Positions 1 through 7,815 of a stretch of DNA of 64,000 nucleotides are shown piece by piece; positions within the stretch are counted from its first letter, which is position 1; the number at the start of each line of letters is the position of its first letter. Both the position numbers and the translations under genes were made by a program. Below the pieces are notes generated by a model. It was given only the letters and a program-made list of their open reading frames with translations, made no database searches and was not told the DNA's origin. Source of the DNA: an uncultured virus (IMG/VR IMGVR_UViG_3300032219_000873) (taxonomy: Duplodnaviria > Heunggongvirae > Uroviricota > Caudoviricetes); the IMG/VR virus record IMGVR_UViG_3300032219_000873. One strand, given 5' to 3'.

Positions 1-31
1 ACCCCCCGTATGAGCTGGTCATACGAGGGGT
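1..31 (-). terminator. Hairpin downstream of the minus-strand gene, probable intrinsic terminator
   Basis: ACCCCCCGTATGA-GCTGG-TCATACGAGGGGT, 13-bp stem with one mismatch (G:U on the minus strand), 30 nt past the stop at 61; any U tract is outside the window. Confidence 0.5.
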
Positions 32-60
32 TAGGCTCACTTGTGTGTGAAGCAGTAGCC

Positions 61-378
61 TTAAGCGTGTTGTGCTAGGGCTACGATGCTGTTCCAGTCT
101 GCCTTGTAGCCGTTAGCCTTGATGATGGCTAGGCATTCACGGGAGACGGACTCGGTGTAGGCACGTGCTGAGTCTCCAAGTGCCTTAGGTGCTGCCTTGT
201 ATACCTGATAGGTGACAGCGATACGGGCTAGGGACATAGTTACACCTAGAGACTTCACCTCGAAGCTCTGGGTTAGTGCCTTAGCCGCCTTAGCCTCAAA
301 CTTGAGGATAAGGGCCTTGTATTCGGGTGAGTCTGCCAATGCCTGAGCAACGGCAGATGCGGATAGTAGAGCCGACAT
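61..378 (-). CDS. Hypothetical protein (only convincing minus-strand gene; probable early gene)
   Basis: ORF 61..411; strong RBS GAAAGGAA upstream of ATG at 378 (MSALLS...). Confidence 0.7.
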   Translation of the reverse strand: MSALLSASAVAQALADSPEYKALILKFEAKAAKALTQSFEVKSLGVTMSLARIAVTYQVYKAAPKALGDSARAYTESVSRECLAIIKANGYKADWNSIVALAQHA

Positions 379-874
379 AGTCGTTTCCTTTCGTGTGTGT
401 TTAGTGGGCATACGGGATTGTCTGCCCTATACACCTAGGGGGGTTATAGGGGGGTTTGCCCCCCTAGGCATACGGGACAGCACACACCCACAGACCGCCA
501 TACCCCGTAGAGCAGGCGTAACCCAATGCCTAACACGCATAAGAGCGATTAGGGCACAGTTAGTGGGCGTGTGCCGTAAGAACACACACGCAAGTGTTTG
601 CGAACACACACGCAACCCGACACGCATAGGCGTGGCGAGAGGTGGTGCTACACAGGACACCAACTAAGCGAACTGAATCGGTGCTAATCCCAAAGTATCA
701 CGAGCAACCCCATCAACCGCAAAATCAGGCAGGTTAGCGCCAGGGCGTACACACGGTTGATGCTATTTCAGTTGAGGCAGTAGCCAAAAACAACGAAAAG
801 CATTGGTTTGACCCCCCTAAACACTTCGGAATTCGCAGGTTGCGCCTGATTCGCCCCTGTAGTAAGCTATCCGC

Positions 875-1084
875 ATGACAGTTGACCAAGTTTTCGCCGC
901 CTTCGTTGAGAAAGAAGGCAACCACATGCTTAAGGACCACATGATTCAGATATGGTGGTACGCCCAGACGGAGGACGAGGAGACCTTACTTAGGGTCATA
1001 GACACTCTCTCCCAGCAGTACGAAGACCCAGAGGCAGCTGAGGTAGGGTTTATTGCCCTCTGGAACCACCTCTCTAAGGCTTAA
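875..1084 (+). CDS. Hypothetical protein (leaderless)
   Basis: 69 aa ORF; TAAGCT -10 box 6 nt before ATG. Confidence 0.65.
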   Translation: MTVDQVFAAFVEKEGNHMLKDHMIQIWWYAQTEDEETLLRVIDTLSQQYEDPEAAEVGFIALWNHLSKA

Positions 1085-1130
1085 TCTAAATCGCCCCTAT
1101 CATTCTGGTAGGATGTGTCATACTTAATTC

Positions 1131-1337
1131 GTGATTATCCAACTAAACCCGCCTTTGCCTTTGAATACTCCAAAAGGTTCGGCTTTGGCGCATTTTCTGA
1201 TTGATATGGGACCAGAGCACAATGTACAGTGGGTATGTTTCCAAGATGACACAGGACAGTGCTGGACCTGGATGAACTCAGATGTCAGGGCCCCACGCAA
1301 CATCACTATGCACCGCACTGAAGTGGAGCTGCCATGA
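1131..1337 (+). CDS. Hypothetical phage protein
   Basis: 68 aa, protein-like sequence (QLNPPLPLNTPKG...WVCFQDDTGQCWTW). Confidence 0.7.
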   Translation: MIIQLNPPLPLNTPKGSALAHFLIDMGPEHNVQWVCFQDDTGQCWTWMNSDVRAPRNITMHRTEVELP

Positions 1338-1522
1338 ACCGCAACTTATCCCCCAATGTAACTAAAGGTCTGTTCGGTGGGCCTCGCGGCATCAAGGGCG
1401 GCGACTATCTGCGTGCCAATGTAGAAAAAAATAGCGGGGGCGTTTTAGGGGTAGCCTCAACTGTAAATGGAAATGCGGATACTGTGCGAAAAATTGTGCG
1501 CCGTGGGAAAATAAAGCCATGA
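1334..1522 (+). CDS. Small basic hypothetical protein
   Basis: ATGA overlap with upstream gene, GGAG RBS. Confidence 0.6.
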   Translation: MNRNLSPNVTKGLFGGPRGIKGGDYLRANVEKNSGGVLGVASTVNGNADTVRKIVRRGKIKP

Positions 1523-1740
1523 GTAAAGTACGCGACTTCATGAACAAGCCACTGTCTACCGCTGGTCACTACGGCGGAGCACTTGCTGCAGGAGCTGCAA
1601 TGATTAGCAGCGGACATGCAGCTGTAGGCATTCCAGTCTATCTAGGTGTCTTGGGAGCGACTGCAGCATTTCAGGCAGCTAAGAAGGCTCCAAGTGGGTC
1701 CGAGCGCCACAACGCTCTAAGCGACAAGCAATTTAAGTAA
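1519..1740 (+). CDS. Small hypothetical protein with hydrophobic core
   Basis: ATGA coupling; ends HNALSDKQFK. Confidence 0.65.
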   Translation: MSKVRDFMNKPLSTAGHYGGALAAGAAMISSGHAAVGIPVYLGVLGATAAFQAAKKAPSGSERHNALSDKQFK

Positions 1741-1749
1741 GGATACGCC

Positions 1750-2046
1750 ATGCTATTCAAAGACCGTAGAACAGGCAACATTGTTGACACTGGCGCTCAC
1801 GCCTTCGGCGGACCAGCACCAATGCCAAAGTACGCAGACCAGCTTGCTTATGGCGACACGTCTTACAGTGGCTACATAACTAACGACCGCTCTACTCTAA
1901 GCCGAGAAGGTGAGAACAAGATTAAAGCTCTTGTAGCCACTAACCCTCGTGTACGCCGTGTAGCCGCATCTGACTACGAAACTGAGATGAAGCCTAAGAA
2001 GCAGTTGCAGGCAGAGCGCATTCTCCGAGGCAAGAAGAACAAGTAA
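1750..2046 (+). CDS. Hypothetical protein
   Basis: AAGGA RBS, 98 aa. Confidence 0.7.
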   Translation: MLFKDRRTGNIVDTGAHAFGGPAPMPKYADQLAYGDTSYSGYITNDRSTLSREGENKIKALVATNPRVRRVAASDYETEMKPKKQLQAERILRGKKNK

Positions 2047-2262
2047 TTGTCTGACCGCTACTTCGTAGACCCAAAGTTAGCTGCGCCCGCAACTGTTAAA
2101 GGAACTCCTGACATGGGCGAAGAACTTAAGTACCGTCTTGAAGAAGAGCGCGGCAAGCACGTCGTACTAGGCGAGCAATTTGATAAGCAATATCCAGCAA
2201 ATGAGGCTGGTCCACGCAAGCGTAATGACTTCGACCCTGAGATGTTCGGCGTAAGTCGATAG
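2047..2262 (+). CDS. Hypothetical protein
   Basis: Abuts previous stop; 71 aa. Confidence 0.6.
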   Translation: MSDRYFVDPKLAAPATVKGTPDMGEELKYRLEEERGKHVVLGEQFDKQYPANEAGPRKRNDFDPEMFGVSR

Positions 2263-2271
2263 GGGCGTTTT

Positions 2272-2394
2272 ATGTCTAACCTTCACCCAAAGCAGTTTCG
2301 TAACTACATTTTAGGCATTCCAGAGCTAGGAGATTCGCTTCCAGGGGATGACTACTTGGATGTATACGACGACGGTAGCTACACCAAGAAGTAA
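2272..2394 (+). CDS. 40 aa hypothetical protein (MSNLHPKQFRN...)
   Basis: Read manually; fills the gap between neighbours; below ORF-track cutoff. Confidence 0.55.
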   Translation: MSNLHPKQFRNYILGIPELGDSLPGDDYLDVYDDGSYTKK

Positions 2395-2396
2395 CT

Positions 2397-2672
2397 ATGG
2401 GGCGTAACAAAGTAGACTTCGACAGTCAGCTGGGCAAGTCCTTTAAGGTAGTCCAAACTCCTTCGGGAGCAGCTAAAGACTTTCGCACTGGTGAGACTCT
2501 GCCAGATGACCCAAACCGATACTCAATTGTCACTCCGTCAAATGGTGAGGCGTGGAATTGGCCAACAGCATCACCTGAAGCGCACGAAACCGCCAAAAAA
2601 GAGTTCCCAAAGCTCTTTACAGACCGAAGACTGAAGTACAAAGGTCGCCAAATACGTAAGAGTATGAAATAA
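2397..2672 (+). CDS. Hypothetical protein
   Basis: 91 aa, 2 nt after previous stop. Confidence 0.65.
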   Translation: MGRNKVDFDSQLGKSFKVVQTPSGAAKDFRTGETLPDDPNRYSIVTPSNGEAWNWPTASPEAHETAKKEFPKLFTDRRLKYKGRQIRKSMK

Positions 2673-2839
2673 GCCTTGTACGACTTATAGAAGACATTAC
2701 ACCCTATTTTAATAGAATCACCCATACCCAGTTGAGTTAAGCCGTCTACGCGCCTTCTGTGACACCACTTTTTTACCAAAATCGCTAAAAATTGCAAATA
2801 AGACTCACGAGTGACTTTTGCGTGAGAAAATTGACTCAA

Positions 2840-2929
2840 ATGAATATTGGACAGTGCGCAATCTGCAAAAAGTCATATCCAGTTGAGTCTTTAGCACGAG
2901 ATTGTGAGTCCAAACATGAAAGAGATTAA
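2840..2929 (+). CDS. 29 aa zinc-finger-like peptide (CAICKKSYPVESLARDCESKH)
   Basis: Read manually; CxxC...CxxxH spacing; follows GAAAAT promoter-like motif. Confidence 0.55.
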   Translation: MNIGQCAICKKSYPVESLARDCESKHERD

Positions 2930-2931
2930 CC

Positions 2932-3153
2932 ATGGGTCTTGAAGGAATGTACCGCAAAGCGGTTTCTAACATCCGTAAGCGTGACAAAAAATTAGCGGCC
3001 TTCGGAACAACTGCTGGTAAAGAAGCTGCGAAGCGAAACCAGAACCTCAGCCCTACTCAATGGTCTGCCTCTGCTAAATGGGCGGTTAAAAATCCAGAGA
3101 TGTCTGCATACGACAACGACGGCAATCCAGTTAATCCTTCTCACTGGGCATAG
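2932..3153 (+). CDS. Small basic hypothetical protein
   Basis: 73 aa; contains RNQNLSPTQW. Confidence 0.65.
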   Translation: MGLEGMYRKAVSNIRKRDKKLAAFGTTAGKEAAKRNQNLSPTQWSASAKWAVKNPEMSAYDNDGNPVNPSHWA

Positions 3154-3168
3154 TGGTATAGTGGTCCT

Positions 3169-3348
3169 ATGAATCCAGGACCAAAAGTTATGTGCGCCAG
3201 ATGCCTTGACGTAATCTTTTCGCAGCACCGCCACGACTTTGCTGAGTGCAAGTGTCGTGCAATTGCTATTGACGGGGGTGCTGACTATACTCGCACTGTA
3301 GGCAGCTCAGAAGATTTCATTTGGGACTTTGAGGAGAACAATGGCTAA
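3169..3348 (+). CDS. Small zinc-binding phage protein (CxxC...HRHDF..CxC...IDGG)
   Basis: Read manually, 59 aa; motif typical of small phage zinc-ribbon proteins; extended -10 TGGTATAGT 6 nt upstream. Confidence 0.7.
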   Translation: MNPGPKVMCARCLDVIFSQHRHDFAECKCRAIAIDGGADYTRTVGSSEDFIWDFEENNG

Positions 3349-3457
3349 AGGAACTGGCAAGTTTGGTTGGTGCTCAACTGGACAGCACAGCGAGTGCATC
3401 GTGCACCTCCCTGTTCATGTCGAAGTTAAATGCGAATGTGAGTGCCACGAGCAGTAA
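3341..3457 (+). CDS. 38 aa Cys/His-rich peptide (WCSTGQHSEC...CECECH)
   Basis: Read manually; GAGGAG RBS. Confidence 0.6.
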   Translation: MAKGTGKFGWCSTGQHSECIVHLPVHVEVKCECECHEQ

Positions 3458-3486
3458 ACGTTTAAATTTAGTGCTAGAATTTTATC

Positions 3487-3566
3487 GAACACGCCAACTG
3501 GGTGTTCATACACAACCTGTGCTTCGGGCAGGGATGCTTGAGGCACGTATCGTCTAAGGAGATACT
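3487..3566 (+). promoter_or_regulatory. Structured 5' leader of hsp20 (possible RNA thermometer)
   Basis: TGCTAGAAT -10 at ~3472-3480, then three short hairpins (GAACAC/GTGTTC, CCTGT/GCAGG, GATGC/GTATC) before TAAGGAG. Confidence 0.4.
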
Positions 3567-4094
3567 ATGTCCAGAAATCCATTTGAAATCCAGCCTTGGG
3601 GCAAGGATGACCACTACCCATCAAAGCAGCCTTATAAGGCCCCATCTAGGGTCGACCAGAAGCCTGTTACTATCTACACTCTGTTCCCTAACATTGACCG
3701 TTGGGGTATTGGCTACGACTCTGTGTTCAGCACTCTAACAGAGCTATCACAGCACAAGCCTTCCTTTCCTCCATACAACCTAACTAAGTCTGGCGATAGC
3801 TACACCATCACCATGGCGCTTGCTGGGTTTAAGAAGGAAGAAGTAGAGGTGTTTGTAAAGGACCGTGTTCTCACAGTCCGCTCAGACATCGAAGACCGCA
3901 ACGACATCCCTGAAGAGGGACAGTACGGTCAGGTAATTCACCACGGCATTGCGCAGCGCAACTTCACCACTACCTTTGCTATTGCAGAGTACATTGAGGT
4001 AAAGAGCGCCAAGCTTGAAGACGGACTACTAACCATTATGCTAGAGCTTGAGCTTCCTGAAGAAAAGAAGCCTAAGCAGATTGAGATTAGCTAA
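3567..4094 (+). CDS. hsp20: Small heat-shock protein, Hsp20/IbpA family
   Basis: FPPYNL, ALAGF, HHGIAQRNF, AKLEDGLLTI, PEEKKPKQIEI motifs. Confidence 0.95.
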   Translation: MSRNPFEIQPWGKDDHYPSKQPYKAPSRVDQKPVTIYTLFPNIDRWGIGYDSVFSTLTELSQHKPSFPPYNLTKSGDSYTITMALAGFKKEEVEVFVKDRVLTVRSDIEDRNDIPEEGQYGQVIHHGIAQRNFTTTFAIAEYIEVKSAKLEDGLLTIMLELELPEEKKPKQIEIS

Positions 4095-4318
4095 TGAAAA
4101 TTACTGAAGATATAACTCCACGTCGTTTTGTAGAGGTGTTCGGTCCAGCTCTAGAGGGGTACTTAGAGCAGTCATACGGCAAAGACGGGGCTTACGTCCT
4201 AGATTTGCTCCCACAGGCGTCAGAGTTTTTCAGCGTGTCGTATCACGCTCTTTGTGCTCTGGAGTATGCTGGGTACACTTCTGATTCGGTTGATGTGTCC
4301 GAAGAGGAAGTAAAGTAA
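4094..4318 (+). CDS. Hypothetical protein
   Basis: TAATG coupling with hsp20. Confidence 0.65.
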   Translation: MKITEDITPRRFVEVFGPALEGYLEQSYGKDGAYVLDLLPQASEFFSVSYHALCALEYAGYTSDSVDVSEEEVK

Positions 4319-4321
4319 ACT

Positions 4322-4411
4322 AAATAGCGGTAGGGACAAGGTTTAGCTACTTAACTAACTAAACTAACCAAATCTTCCATTACGTCTTCGGTCTTGTCCC
4401 TGCCTCTATTT
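4322..4411 (+). ncRNA. Long-stem, large-loop hairpin RNA candidate
   Basis: AAATAGCGGTAGGGACAAGG pairs with TCTTGTCCCTGCCTCTATTT; ~45-nt A/C/U-rich loop. Confidence 0.5.
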
Positions 4412-4415
4412 ACTA

Positions 4416-4495
4416 GGGCTGGTGTTGGTAAGTCTGTGGGGGTCTTAATTCCTTTCTTCCCCCCAGAAACGTGGGTTCGACTCCCACCCAGTCCA
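4416..4495 (+). ncRNA. tRNA-Ala/tmRNA-like RNA lacking D stem and normal anticodon arm
   Basis: Acceptor GGGCTGG/CCAGTCC with G3:U70, discriminator A; T arm GTGGG-TTCGACT-CCCAC; central stem with 16-nt loop. Confidence 0.7.
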
Positions 4496-4511
4496 CATGC
4501 AAAGGAGAAAT

Positions 4512-4682
4512 GTGGCTAGTTACGAGTATGAATGCCCTACGTGCAAATCAGTGATTGAGATTTTGCATCCAATTACTGACTCCCCAGTAATTATTTGCGC
4601 GACTTGTGTTGTGGCCAGACGTAAGAAGTTCTCTGTTGGAACCGTTACTTTTAAGGGCAACGGCTGGGGTAAAGACGCCTAA
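4512..4682 (+). CDS. FmdB-family zinc ribbon protein
   Basis: YEYECPTC...CATC...FKGNGW; AAAGGAG RBS before GTG. Confidence 0.85.
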   Translation: MASYEYECPTCKSVIEILHPITDSPVIICATCVVARRKKFSVGTVTFKGNGWGKDA

Positions 4683-4705
4683 TAGCCCATTTTTGACCCT
4701 AAGAC

Positions 4706-4737
4706 CCCGCTATTAGAAATAGCGGGATTTCTTTTTG
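4706..4737 (+). terminator. Rho-independent terminator
   Basis: CCCGCTATT-AGA-AATAGCGGG then ATTTCTTTTT. Confidence 0.8.
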
Positions 4738-4842
4738 TCTAGTTGAACTGCAGGTTAATTTCTACTAGGCTGGGGCCTCATAACTTAATATCGCTCAACA
4801 ATAAACGACCAAGTACTAACGCAAGGAAAGGTAGGTCGCTAA

Positions 4843-5472
4843 ATGAAGAGGTCAGTAATAATCATTACTGTTTCATCCCTGCTGGCGCTTTCGGGAGCGG
4901 CAATCGCCCAGGAACCGAGAACAGCAGTAGAACTTCCAGTAGTGGAGTACAACACTCTCCTAGGAAAAGAAACTGCAATCTCACAAATAGAACAAGATGC
5001 AAAACTCGCTTCTGCTAAAGCAGAGGCAGATGCCCTAACTGCTGCTAGGAAGAGCAAACTAGCTGCGGTGTATGAGCAGCAGAAGGTATCTAACCGAGCT
5101 GAACTAGAATCAATGGTTACAGCAGTACTAGACCGTGTAGGAAAGACCAGATACGTTTTCAGTGGTTCTACGCCACTTGGATGGGACTGCTCAGGCTTAG
5201 TAACTTGGGCTTACGGAGAAATGGGTGTTGAACTACCCCACTCTGCCGCTAAGCAAGCCAAGCTAGGCGCTGAGGTGGAAAAGCCCCAAGTCGGAGACAT
5301 TATCGTATTTGGTAACTCATCTGGATACTTTCACTCCAGTGTTTACGTAGGTGACGGGCTTATTGTCCACTCTGGGTTCAAACCTGGTAGGTATACAGAG
5401 GTTCTCCCTCTAGACCACCCAAGCTTGTCTACCTACAAGACTACTATTCGACGCTATCTAGACATAGACTAG
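4843..5472 (+). CDS. Secreted NlpC/P60 (C40) peptidoglycan endopeptidase
   Basis: Signal peptide, coiled coil, YVFSGSTPLGWDCSGL...GDIIVF...HSSVYVGDGLIVH. Confidence 0.9.
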   Translation: MKRSVIIITVSSLLALSGAAIAQEPRTAVELPVVEYNTLLGKETAISQIEQDAKLASAKAEADALTAARKSKLAAVYEQQKVSNRAELESMVTAVLDRVGKTRYVFSGSTPLGWDCSGLVTWAYGEMGVELPHSAAKQAKLGAEVEKPQVGDIIVFGNSSGYFHSSVYVGDGLIVHSGFKPGRYTEVLPLDHPSLSTYKTTIRRYLDID

Positions 5473-5478
5473 GTAGCA

Positions 5479-5551
5479 CCCTGCGTAGCCCAAAGGCAGA
5501 GGCAAACGACTTAAAATCGTAAAAGTGTCAGTTCGAATCTGACCGCAGGGA
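5479..5551 (+). tRNA. tRNA-Leu(UAA), short variable loop, no encoded CCA
   Basis: Acceptor CCCTGCG/CGCAGGG, anticodon loop CTTAAAA, T arm GTCAG-TTCGAAT-CTGAC, discriminator A. Confidence 0.9.
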
Positions 5552-5593
5552 CTTTAGAGTGTAATAGCTTATAAATCGTGAGAAACTACCATC

Positions 5594-5737
5594 ATGGGTA
5601 GGAATGACGCCTTAGATGACTTCGATTTCGAAGATGACTACGACGACGTCTATTTTGACGGAGACGACTTAGATGATGACCTCCTCTACGCTCTCTTCGA
5701 TGCCGACGAGTACGAGCCTTGGGATGACGAAGAATGA
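5594..5737 (+). CDS. 47 aa extremely acidic protein
   Basis: Read manually: MGRNDALDDFDFEDDYDDVYFDGDDLDDDLLYALFDADEYEPWDDEE; ATGA overlap with next gene. Confidence 0.65.
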   Translation: MGRNDALDDFDFEDDYDDVYFDGDDLDDDLLYALFDADEYEPWDDEE

Positions 5738-5985
5738 TGCCTGGACCTTCATGGGAAGATAACCAACTAGTTCCCTATTTGCTTGAGCTTAATGCGGTGC
5801 CTGGAAAGACCCGTGGGAACAACATCCCTAACAGTCCTTGGTGGCAGCAATACCCAGTGATGTACTCTTCAGCGACAAACTACGGAGCAATGAGTACAGC
5901 GACCAACACAAACAATCAACCAGCTGCAGACACTACCGCGGGTAACGTAGTAGCAGACGCTGGCTTCGGGGACTTTCAGCAGTAA
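5734..5985 (+). CDS. Hypothetical protein
   Basis: 83 aa, coupled to upstream stop. Confidence 0.6.
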   Translation: MMPGPSWEDNQLVPYLLELNAVPGKTRGNNIPNSPWWQQYPVMYSSATNYGAMSTATNTNNQPAADTTAGNVVADAGFGDFQQ

Positions 5986-6055
5986 CCCTCTCTAATAAGT
6001 AATAAAACTCGGCGCAATTACTTACTAGAGATAATGAAGGGAACTCAGAAAAGAA

Positions 6056-7630
6056 GTGAAAAACCTGCGAATAATCGCAGCACTACTCCTAGCATTCGGT
6101 CATTTATTTCTAGCATCTCCAGCACAAGCAGCTCAAACAGGGCCTGTTCAGATTACTTGTGAGAAGAATGGTACCCAAGGCACCTATCAGGTGGGTTGGG
6201 ATAACTCTAATCAGTTCTTTATGGGTAAGGGTAACATCGCTGCGCTTTACTGTACGGGAGGGTTCTCTCCACTAAGAGATGGGGCCACATACGTTTCTGA
6301 CACTTTAACTAATGAGTCTCTGCGTTATTACAACGGAGTTGTCCCTACGCCTGCTCCTGAACCGTCTTCCAGTCCCGTAGTATCTGAATCTTCGTCAGTG
6401 TCCTCTGAGAGCCCCAGTTCCACAGAATCGGCATCAGTGAGCTCAGAATCATCAGAGTCACAAACGACAAGCCCAGCTCCTGAGACCACCAGCTCACCAG
6501 AACCAGAAACCCAATCGCCATCAGTGTCAGAAGAAGTGACAGAGTCACCCTCAACGGACTCGTCTTCTTCACCAAGTGTAAGTACAACAGCGCCTTCTCT
6601 TCAATGGGAGTATGTAGTAAATGAAGGTAGCATGCTGGAGGCAGAAGCACCAGCAGGCAAAGTCTTTTCGGGGGCCGTGGCGTGGTATGTAGCTCACGAT
6701 TCTACCTGTGGTATTGATGTGTCCACTATAGTGGCCGCTGCGTTTAACGGCACAACTGCCTCAAGTATTGCTGCAGACAATTCTGTCTTTGGTGACCCTT
6801 GTCCTGGAGAGTATAAAAAGCTAACGGTTACTTTCGTTTACGAGACACTTGTAGGGCCCGCACCGTCACCAGAGCCTACCCCAACACCCCAGCCAGAGCC
6901 AACCCCGCAACCAGAACCAGTCCCAACACCAGAACCAGAACCAACCCCAGAACCCACAGAGGAGCCTTCACCAGTCGAGACACCTGCTCCTGAACCTGAA
7001 CCCACAGAACAACCAACCCCAGAGCCAGTAGAATCACAAGAACCACCAGTGGTCGTAGAGCCCGAGACTCCAGAACCCACAGAAGAACCTTCACCAGAAC
7101 CTACTCCTGAGACAGTTCCTGAAGAGCCAGAACCAGCCCCCACAGAAGACCCGACACCAGAACCAAGTCCCGAACCCACACCTGAGCCTGAACCTGCCCC
7201 AGAAACTCCAGAAGATATAACATCTGATACTCCAATCGAAGACGTTGTAGCTGTACTAGAAGACATTATACCTACAAGCCTGACAGAAGAGCAGGTAGCG
7301 GTGCTGGTAAGTATTGCATTAGAGACGTTTGAGACAGCAGAGCAAGGCTCTCCTGAGTATGAAGCTGCTTTGGACCTTTTGTTAGTCGCTGCTCAGGCAG
7401 ATGACATCGTACTAAATGAGGAACTGGCGGCCATACCGCTTATTGGAAACGTAGCTGGTGCAGCAGTAGAGATATTTAACGCCCTAGGAAACGCAGGAGC
7501 GGACATGTCTCCGCAAGTCCGTGAACAGTCAGAAAAGGTTGTAATCGCAGCCGTCATCGTAGGTCAAATTGCCCTAACCGCAACTTCGGCCGCAACTAGT
7601 GCAGCAGCAGCTGCAGCAAGGAGACCATAA
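6056..7630 (+). CDS. Secreted/membrane-anchored protein with SUEL/Gal-lectin-like domain and Ser- and Pro/Glu/Thr-rich stalks
   Basis: Signal peptide (AQA-AQT), [19 protein letters not shown] motif, PEPT repeats, hydrophobic C-terminus. Confidence 0.75.
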   Translation: MKNLRIIAALLLAFGHLFLASPAQAAQTGPVQITCEKNGTQGTYQVGWDNSNQFFMGKGNIAALYCTGGFSPLRDGATYVSDTLTNESLRYYNGVVPTPAPEPSSSPVVSESSSVSSESPSSTESASVSSESSESQTTSPAPETTSSPEPETQSPSVSEEVTESPSTDSSSSPSVSTTAPSLQWEYVVNEGSMLEAEAPAGKVFSGAVAWYVAHDSTCGIDVSTIVAAAFNGTTASSIAADNSVFGDPCPGEYKKLTVTFVYETLVGPAPSPEPTPTPQPEPTPQPEPVPTPEPEPTPEPTEEPSPVETPAPEPEPTEQPTPEPVESQEPPVVVEPETPEPTEEPSPEPTPETVPEEPEPAPTEDPTPEPSPEPTPEPEPAPETPEDITSDTPIEDVVAVLEDIIPTSLTEEQVAVLVSIALETFETAEQGSPEYEAALDLLLVAAQADDIVLNEELAAIPLIGNVAGAAVEIFNALGNAGADMSPQVREQSEKVVIAAVIVGQIALTATSAATSAAAAAARRP

Positions 7631-7815
7631 TGGTTAAATTCATTAAAGCCCTATTCAAGGACATTATCGACCAAGCATGGACTTTGCTCGGTATGTTCGT
7701 TGCGTGGGTTGTTTTGGAAGGTTCCGCAAAAGACGTAGTAGGTATGCTCATCTGGATTACTCTAGGTGTCTGGGTAATTACCTTCCCACTACGTTACGAA
7801 AAAGATGCTGAGTAA
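7630..7815 (+). CDS. Small membrane protein (2 TM)
   Basis: Hydrophobic; TAATG coupling. Confidence 0.75.
   Translation: MVKFIKALFKDIIDQAWTLLGMFVAWVVLEGSAKDVVGMLIWITLGVWVITFPLRYEKDAE

Noticed and set aside
395..940. ORFs 395..667, 427..663 and 734..940
   Set aside because: No RBS, atypical composition, and they overlap the repeat-rich region or gene 875.
4416..4495. Standard tmRNA or standard tRNA-Ala
   Set aside because: Only 80 nt with no pseudoknots or tag ORF; no D stem and no 7-nt anticodon loop.
5479..5551. Ochre suppressor tRNA or stop-codon recoding
   Set aside because: Loop CTTAAAA places TAA, not TTA, at 34-36, and core genes are intact under the standard code with all three stops used.
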